From contig OZ024743.1 in assembly GCA_964016885.1 (NCBI GenBank), positions 221,340,001 to 221,404,000 on the forward strand: DNA of 64,000 nt, in the 5' to 3' direction. The translations under genes and the position numbers were made by a program. Position 1 is the stretch's first letter. Each line of letters opens with the position of its first letter. A model generated the notes under the pieces. That model was not told the DNA's origin. It made no database searches and saw nothing but the letters and a program-made list of their open reading frames with translations. This DNA comes from Eledone cirrhosa (Eukaryota). Of the stretch, positions 55,211 through 64,000 are shown one piece after another.

Positions 55211-56217
55211 TATATATAGATATAGATATATATATATAGATATAGATATATAATAAGATGTTAAAACAGCGTATCAAAATAAACTCGTTATGTTTATTCA
55301 CGTGTGACGTGTGTTTCGCGCTCAATCAGTTCAAGGTACGATCGTTATCGATTGTGACCGACTGTGAAATCGATAGCTGATCAGGCTCATAGTTTCCTTA
55401 AGTTTGTGTATGTGTGTGTGCGTACATGTGTGTGTATGTGCGTACATGTGTGTGTGCTTGAGAGTGTATGTGTGTTTGTGTGTCCGTACATGTGTACGTA
55501 CATATGTGCGTACCTGGGTGTATATACATGCGTGTTTGTATGTGTGTCTTTGTGTGTATGTTTGTCTGTGTATGTGTGTGTGTGCCTAGATAAACATATA
55601 GCTGGTTAACATTCACTGAAACAAAGTATATAATTAAAGAAGAGAAAAGGGCAGAAGACGAAAGAAAATGAGGAAATGATGCTATAAATAATGCATGATT
55701 TCTTGTAAATATAATGTATGATTTCTTGTAAATGGCAACATAACTTCAGAGCAACATAGTTGAAATTTTATTTTTACCAATATCTTCAGTTTTTATAGGG
55801 CAATCAATTATTCGTTTGCGTGATGTATTTTAGGGGTTTTTTTCCCCTTTTTTATATCATTTATTTATTATAGTCATTTTTTTGTATTAATTTTAATCAT
55901 TTTTTTAATTTAATTTTTTTTTTTCAAATTCAACTTTAACCCGATATGATAATAACTACGGAATTACTTCAGAATATTTTCCCATTCTGAAATCGTTTTA
56001 GTTTGTTTAAAAAAAGTACAAAGGGACTAAGTTATACAAATAATAATAAATTATGTAAGCAATCAAACTCAACACTCAGTGAAACATTGTAAAACAATAT
56101 TTCATGAATAAACAAAATGATTCTCATTATAGCAAACATTTATAATAGATACATAACATATTAGGTTTCAACTACAATTTCACTATTGAATATGTGCCAC
56201 TCAAAATGTACTGTAGC

Positions 56218-56336
<119 letters not shown>

Positions 56337-56677
56337 CTTCGGTGGTGAGACCCGGGAGAGCCCACTAACAATGGATGTACTCAATGCATGGGGAGATAGA
56401 TGCAGAGTGGGTATATAATATAGTTCTAGACGTGAATAAGCCATTTCGATATATATATACAATAAAGATGCCTGTACTCTACCAGTGTATTGAGTACCTT
56501 TTTTAATTGTTGCTAGCCCCGATGAAACTCAGGAATTTACATATTATATATATTACGGTCCGGTCTAAGTTCAAATCCCGCCGAGGTTAACTTTTCCTTT
56601 CATCCTTACGGGGTCGATGAAATAAAGTACCAGTAATGCGGTGGGATAATTGCTGGTTTTGTGCCAAAAGTAGAAAC

Positions 56678-56804
<127 letters not shown>

Positions 56805-57744
56805 AATGTGTGTGTGTGCATTTGTGTGTGTTTGCCTGTCTGTATATATTGGACATATAGCACATCGCGGTCTGGAATTTTAAACATGGGAGGATTTTTG
56901 ATGTGTAACATCAGCCTGTAACACATGTTACTATATGTGCTGATATGTTTTGATGAGCATATGAATGAGACTGAATTACATTTTACGGACGATCTACATA
57001 TGTTGTAAGTTCTAGACTGGATTACCATCTACGGACGATCTATTTATATTATAACTCATCGCCAATCGGGGCATATGAAACCGATTGGATTAACATCTAC
57101 GGTAGATATACATATGTTGTGATGCCTCGCCAGATGCGCCTTATACAGGAACTAAACCACATTTGTGTATTATTTGCTTCAGCTTGATCATGCATTAACC
57201 CCGCTTTGCATGTGTTTGGCTTGTTTTGATGTGGTGCCTGTCTATGTGCAGGTTTAGCACCCCTGGTACACGTAATTCCATAGCCTACTAGTATACCCTG
57301 ATTATGTATACTTTCTGAAGGTACCTTAGGGGTCTCTTAGTATTTCTATAACTCTAAGTTATGGGAAACTAAATCACCTGTTCTATATAGTGACCAATGC
57401 ATAACTTCTCTGGCTTTTCTGTGCTTTAATTTTTTAATTATTTTTTTAATTATTTATTTATCTTTTTGTATTAATATTTTTCTTTTACTCTATTATTATT
57501 ATTATTATTATATTTTTTAACTATCGTTAAATGCTTTATTTCTTTCTGTCTGCCCTCACGTGCCTCCGCCTCTTGTGAGAAAATCTGCCTATGTAGCTGT
57601 AATGTTGAATAACAACCCCATTACGCATTCTCTCCATCCTTTCCATTTCCGATCTCCCCATTATTATCCTGTACTGTATATATAATTTTCGTGCGACTAA
57701 GCTTGGTAGAGCTTATACTCAGCACTATATTTTTGTTTATAAAG

Positions 57745-57796
57745 CTCTGATGATTCCTGCCCCATGGTATGGATGAAACATTGTCAGGAAATAAAA
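57745..57796 (+). ncRNA. Minimal hammerhead-like motif in a pLTR remnant
   Basis: CTGATGA (57747)-TTCCTGCC..GGTATGGAT-GAAA-CATTG-TC, then AATAAA; stem I is weak. Confidence 0.5.
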
Positions 57797-58093
57797 ATTG
57801 AATGAGTATGTAGGTGTTCTTTGATTTCTTTTACACACACACATATATATATATAACGGAGCAGTTGTGGTAAGGAACCAGATGGACTATAACGCACCAG
57901 AGTACTCAATACTTAGGGTAGTAGAGTGGGTAATAGGACAGAAATAGCCGTCGAAACGGCTTGAGCTCTGCCGTCGGGGTCATACACTCTCCTATATATA
58001 TATATATATATATATATACAATAATGAATAAAATGTGAAGACTAAAATCTAAAGAGGGTGAAAACAGCGATTCTTTGCTTAAACTTTAATCTG

Positions 58094-58182
<89 letters not shown>

Positions 58183-59533
58183 CTTATTTAGGCACAAGGC
58201 TTACACATTTAGGGAAATATGTACAGCTGATCAAATTAACGCAAGTACTATCAACTCCAGAAGAATGAAAGGCAAATTTGACGTCGGTGCGATTTGAACT
58301 CTCAATTGTAACGAGGGAGAAAATATATATACGACCCTCGTATATAATTATTATCTGACAATTCTTCTGTTGTCATTTCTTATATCTTATAATAAAACTC
58401 TTGAATTGTATCTTTTATCCCTAATACTCTCATTTATTTATCCAATTATTTATTCCTATGTCTTCTTATATACACAGAGAGAGATAGTCTTTAGTATATA
58501 CATAGTGCGAGAATAACTAGATATATCAGGCGAATTAGTTACTTTCATTATGTCTAATTTAATATCAGCTAAGAATGAAGAAAGTCAGCGAATTGGCAGT
58601 ATTCGTTTCAGCTCCCAAAGCTCTGCGTTCAAATCCAGCTGAGATCAACCTTGCCTTTCAACCGTTTAAAGTTGATTAGAAAGCACCAGTCAAGTTCTGG
58701 GGTTGATTCATCTTTTATATCTCTTCTTTACTTACATTCTCTCTCTCTCCCTCTCCCCCTCTCTCTCTTTCTCTCTCTCGCTCTCTCTCATTCTCTCTCT
58801 CTCTCTCATTCTCTCTCTCTCTTTCTCTCTCTCTATCTATCTATCTATCTTCTCTTGAAGACATCTGCAATATTCAGCCCTGGAGAGGAGATGGTATCCG
58901 CAGAGTTTTAAAATGCCCGGGAAACCCCGTATGTCAATATAGCACCCTTCCAACTCCCCCACGAATTACAGGATAGAGAGAATAGAGTGAAGGCGTATGT
59001 TTAGAGCTGTTTGGTTCACAATATTAAGAACGAGCGTTCCGAATCCGGGAGGCCCTTCCAGTCTTTTAACACCAAGGCATTTATATTTCGTATCGCTCAT
59101 GTCTTCTCAGCTGGAAAAAAATATGTTTTACCTGTAATATACTATGGGCTAGCCTTGACACTCAATATGTCACACAGAATCTCCCTGAGAACTAAGCTAA
59201 GGTCACTCATGTCTGTGGAATACTCAGCTAGTTACACGTGAAGTTCACGCACGGGCTGCTCCTCTCGTCAGCAACTGAAACAGTCATCTGCAGAACCGAC
59301 GTAGGTCCAACAAATCCACATTAACAGTTCATTATATTTAGAATATTCCTTTTATTACACTACTTTAAAATGAGCTGTGAATAAAAGATACGTGATATAT
59401 ATATTCTTCCCCAGGGCATTACAGATTAAATTTTAGGTTCCTTAGACTAGACGTCATAACGTGTTACAGAATTGACGGAATCTACATGAGCTTTTCATTT
59501 TACCATGTTTGCCTTTCACCCTCTGGAGGTCGT

Positions 59534-59604
<71 letters not shown>

Positions 59605-60989
59605 TCTCTCCTACCTCTTTGTCTGGACTACATCCCTGGAGGGGGATGAACCACACCAAGTTTAAGACATGTTACGACGACATCTCTACACCTCGAGTAA
59701 GGGTTCAATGTTCGTAGATGGATTTCATACATTAATATATTGATACCTATTATTTTACACACATACCCTCGCTTGTAGTATTTGAATGTATAAAACATTC
59801 CACCTGCTAGAAATAGCAGCCAAATTACATTTAAATTTAACTCAGAGTGCAGAGAGTCGGGACAAAATACGACGCTCTAACGACTCTGTCCATTTGACAA
59901 TTTATTTATTTTTAGTAACATTGATTATATGGTATAGTCACGTAACTCCTGATAGATTCGTAAGGGCGCCGTATTGACATGCGGTGTTTGTTGGGTATTT
60001 TAACCCTGGCGGAACCCAAATTCTCTCCAGGTCTAAGTAGAGCAGATTTCTTCCAGAGAAGGATAGAAAGTGAGAGAGAGTAAGTGAGTAATAGATATAG
60101 AGGAAGAATCGATCCCAGTACTAGACTGGTACATTTTTTATCGACCCCGAAAGGATAAAAGACAACTTCGTCCTCGGCGGGACTTGAACTCAAAACTCAG
60201 AGAACAGCGAGTCGGACCGAATACCACAAAGCACTCTATCCGACATTTTAACAACTCTGTCAATTCGCTGCCTGATTTAGTAACAACTAATGTTCTTCCT
60301 CTTATTACATATGTCATCTGACTTTAGATGTTTAATGCTCCATATATTAAATATGACTTCAACCATTTAGTTCTACAGCATATATTTAATAATTTTTTTA
60401 TATCCCAAAAGTGTGAGGGGGGTCGGAATGTTTCGCGGTAATTGTTGTGGCTCGCTACTCTCTGAGTTAAAATCCTGCCGCGGTCAACCTCTTTTCGAGG
60501 TCGATAAATAATACTGGGGCCTGTTCCTTCCCTTATATCTCTTTTTCACCTGCACTCTCTCGTTCTTTTTCTCACTGAAAGAAATCAGCAGTGTTCAGAC
60601 CTGAAGACGGATGAACTCCGGCAGATTTAAATACCCATGACACATCTTATATCAATACAACTCTCTACGACTCCATCAGAACCTATGTTATGTCTTTTTT
60701 TCTTTACTAAGATTAAGTAATAACTTTTGATATATTCAAATATTAGAATATAATACTTTGTGACTATATACTGTATATACTAATATTTAATTCATCATTC
60801 GACCTTCGTAGAAATAAACGTTCAAGAAAAAAAACAACAACAACGAAAATAACATTCCTAACTGACTCATTTACTATTTCCGTATCGGCAAATAAAACTT
60901 TGAAAAGAAAGTACGTTGTTCTTAGTATGTATTCAGGTCATATCAGAACAATACAGGAACTAAGTTTTAATTTAATTTGCATAGCTTTC

Positions 60990-61040
<51 letters not shown>

Positions 61041-61609
61041 CCATTTTTAGTAAATTTTCAACAATCACACAATGACATCGCCATAAGAAAATATATGTTG
61101 TAGGAATTGTTCTTAAAATATGGTGTTGTTTGTTTTTTTGTATATATTTATAAACTTTCTTAACAATTCTACTCCACCGTCAACTAGAAGTATAAACTAA
61201 ATTTAACATTTTCATTGTTTCTACATTTTCTGAACATAAATAAAACAATGAAATAAAAGTCGAATAAACCAAAATTTATTTCCTTTGAAGCTTCGCCTAT
61301 TCCATTCTCATAATCTCAAAATTGAGGGAATTGTATTTTGAGAGAAATAGTAATGAGTGCTACTTGAAACAGAATTTGGATTATTCTCTTTATATTTTGA
61401 GCTCAAATTTGTAACGTGGCGGTGTCAAATTTACCTGCCATTCCTCCCGAAACTGTAAACTAGATACCACTATAGCAAATACTGAGAGAAAATGGAGGAT
61501 AACTTTATATCTAGATACTGTGGTCCTACCTGACATATATTGGATAGATAAGCTAGTCTTATATTGTTCAACATTGAAACGATCTTATGGAATCATAATA
61601 AAGAGATAT

Positions 61610-61650
<41 letters not shown>

Positions 61651-61857
61651 GTTTACATTTGAAAGTTTCTCCGAGAAGAGTACAATATGGGCCGGATATG
61701 GGGGTAATTGGATTTAAATTTCGTGTAATTTAGCGGTTAAAATGTTATTTAAACTGACAGTTTTGATGGATGGCCTGTAGATATAAAGATATAGATTTTA
61801 GCTTTTATATATCACCAAATATGCATTGCCATAACAACACCGATGTTCATATCTGCG

Positions 61858-61888
<31 letters not shown>

Positions 61889-61892
61889 GTGG

Positions 61893-61950
<58 letters not shown>

Positions 61951-62639
61951 CTGTTTAACAAAAGGGCACGATCGTTAGCTCGGACGAAAGAAACACATTA
62001 CAGGCCATACAACGAGCTTCTAAATATTTTACGTCTATCCAATTTCCCTCACAATACTTGGTTTGGTCTGAGGTCATGATAAATGACACTTGCCCAAGAT
62101 GCTATGCAGGGGGATCTGATATGGCCCTCTTATCAATATAACAAGACTATACAAATAGACAACGCATAAAGATAGTAGATCAGTTAGCCGAAATCTCAAA
62201 ACAATTAGAAGAAAGACTACAGACGTCACCATTGTTAAAATTCTATAGAAAAATGAAGATAGTGATCAGACTTTACATACAAAACATAGTTGTAACTAAC
62301 TAAAGAAATATATTTAAAAATAAAGAAATAGTATAAAAACAAAGTCTTCTTCGTAATAGTTATGTTATCTTCGACAAATTCGATTGTAGAAACCTTTATA
62401 TTCCTACGGCTTCAATACAACACTGAATATATTTACACAGTTTTTCTAACATCATTTCTAATGTGCCCGCTATATAATAATCCTTAGTTCCTACGAGAAA
62501 CGATTGGCTTATGAAACATATCAATATATAGATATATAAATAGAGAAGTAAAACACATATATCTACACACACATAATGCTTTCTTATTCACACATTGTTC
62601 ATTTGGACATACACACAAAACACATACATTTCTTACTTG

Positions 62640-62919
62640 AACACACACATACACGCACGCACACGCACACACACGCACACACACACACACACACACACGC
62701 ACGCACGCACGCGCACGCAGGCACGCACGCGCACGCACGCACGCGCACACACGCACGCGCACACACGCACGCACACACGCACACGCACACACGCACACGC
62801 ACACACGCACACGCACACACGCACACGCACACACGCACACGCGCACACGCACACACACACACGCACACACACACACGCACACGCGCACACGCACGCGCAC
62901 GCACACGCACGCACACGCA

Positions 62920-62983
<64 letters not shown>

Positions 62984-63000
62984 GACAGACAGACAGACAG
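62640..63000. repeat. (CA)n/(CG) mixed alternating purine-pyrimidine tract followed by (CAGA)n
   Basis: Direct reading. Confidence 0.95.
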
Positions 63001-63589
63001 AACTAGAGACTGTCTTAAAGACAAGAGCAGAGAGTGGTAAATGTGAAAAGTGGTTTTAGCTGTTCAATTCTCTCTGCATGATATCAGAAAACTAAAGGAA
63101 GATATTTCATTCAGAAATAATTTCTACTAAACCACTTACTCGCGAACTTCTTTTTCTTCGTCTCGCTTTCTTCCTCGCCATCGTCGTACTTGTTATTTAG
63201 CTCTAGGTCAGCCATTATATCAGGAGAATCTCGTTGTATCAACTTGTCTTTTTTATCAGGGAGCGAATTAACGGAGTCGTTAGAGCGTGGGATTAACTCT
63301 AGGTCAGCTATGATATCAGAAGCATCTCGTCCTATCAACTTGTCTTTTTTATCTGCGAATTTATGAGGGATTTGTCGAAGTCGTTAGAGTGTTGGATTAT
63401 ATGCTTCCGTATTTGTTCTGGCTCTCTGTGTTGTGAGTTCAGAATCAGCTCTAAACTGGAGCTACGTAAAGTGAACTGATATGCTCAAGGTCAGAATGCG
63501 TCGCTCTGTCTGAGAATGGAACCCACTACTATGCCATGACTGAGAGCACAATACTCCATTCTTGGTTAAACACCTATCCGTCGCATAGT

Positions 63590-63745
63590 AGACCTTCAGC
63601 TGCAGCTGCTACTCATTTACAGCTAAGCGAACTGTATCAATGAGAAATTAAATACCTTGCTCAAGAATATATGGCATCCCGCTGCCTGTGAATCGAAACG
63701 GTGACTTAATGATAATGAGTCCAACAGCCTAACACCACTAGGCAA
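63590..63745 (-). mobile_element. Degenerate tRNA-derived SINE
   Basis: Minus strand GCCTAGTGGTGTTAGG...TTCGATTC...TTCTTGAGCAAGGTATTT...CAGCTGTAAATGAGT-like layout. Confidence 0.55.
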
Positions 63746-64000
63746 TATGTCTTCACTACGACATTTCTAACCGAACTAAAACGGCTCAGTTACTGTGAAA
63801 AAATAAATGTTTCCAGTAGAAAGTACTGATAGATTGTTTTTGATGTCATTGATTTCAGTATATCAAAGTTTTGATTTTTTTTTTTTCGGGGTTGGGTATA
63901 ACTTTTCTTGTTTTTGTTAGATGGTTTCGTGTTAATATTGATTTGGTTTGATTTTACTTTATATTATTAAATATGAATCCCATTATGATTGTTGGTTTCA

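Noticed and set aside
60598-60630. CTGAAGA-CGGA..TCCG hammerhead start
   Set aside because: The GAAA box is absent (GCAG) and there is no stem III or stem I pairing.
63111-63400. Natural-looking 75-aa acidic/basic ORF with an internal repeat
   Set aside because: The ~96-bp duplication includes SINE-A head sequence (GTCGTTAGAGCGT); no recognisable domain or other support.

Overview
AT-rich, extremely microsatellite-dense eukaryotic DNA. The SINE/LINE repertoire and (TA)n/(CA)n/(GA)n load look like an octopus (cephalopod) genome; this is an inference. I cannot support any host protein-coding gene, and most listed ORFs are microsatellite translations. The window is a mosaic of mobile elements: a near full-length but frameshifted L1/Tx1 LINE (16258-22061, -) sitting 5'-to-5' with an R4/Dong fragment in one (AAT)n tract; a sister Tx1 fragment with a 16-bp TSD in (ATAG)n; a Naiad-type Penelope-like element (PLE) with an inverted pLTR and a TGA at a conserved Cys position; CR1 and several RTE fragments, two with twin-priming-type inversions; a tandem array of a ~600-bp RTE derivative; tandem and nested non-autonomous Helitrons carrying an 83-bp minisatellite; and many tRNA-derived SINEs. 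The most striking pattern is a dense set of type-I hammerhead ribozyme motifs from PLE pLTRs. Two have intact cores (4826-4906 +, 49729-49785 -), and several others are fold-back palindromes whose axes coincide with hammerhead helices, including a perfect 410-bp palindrome at 52353-52762. All calls were made by eye and boundaries of degenerate elements are approximate.
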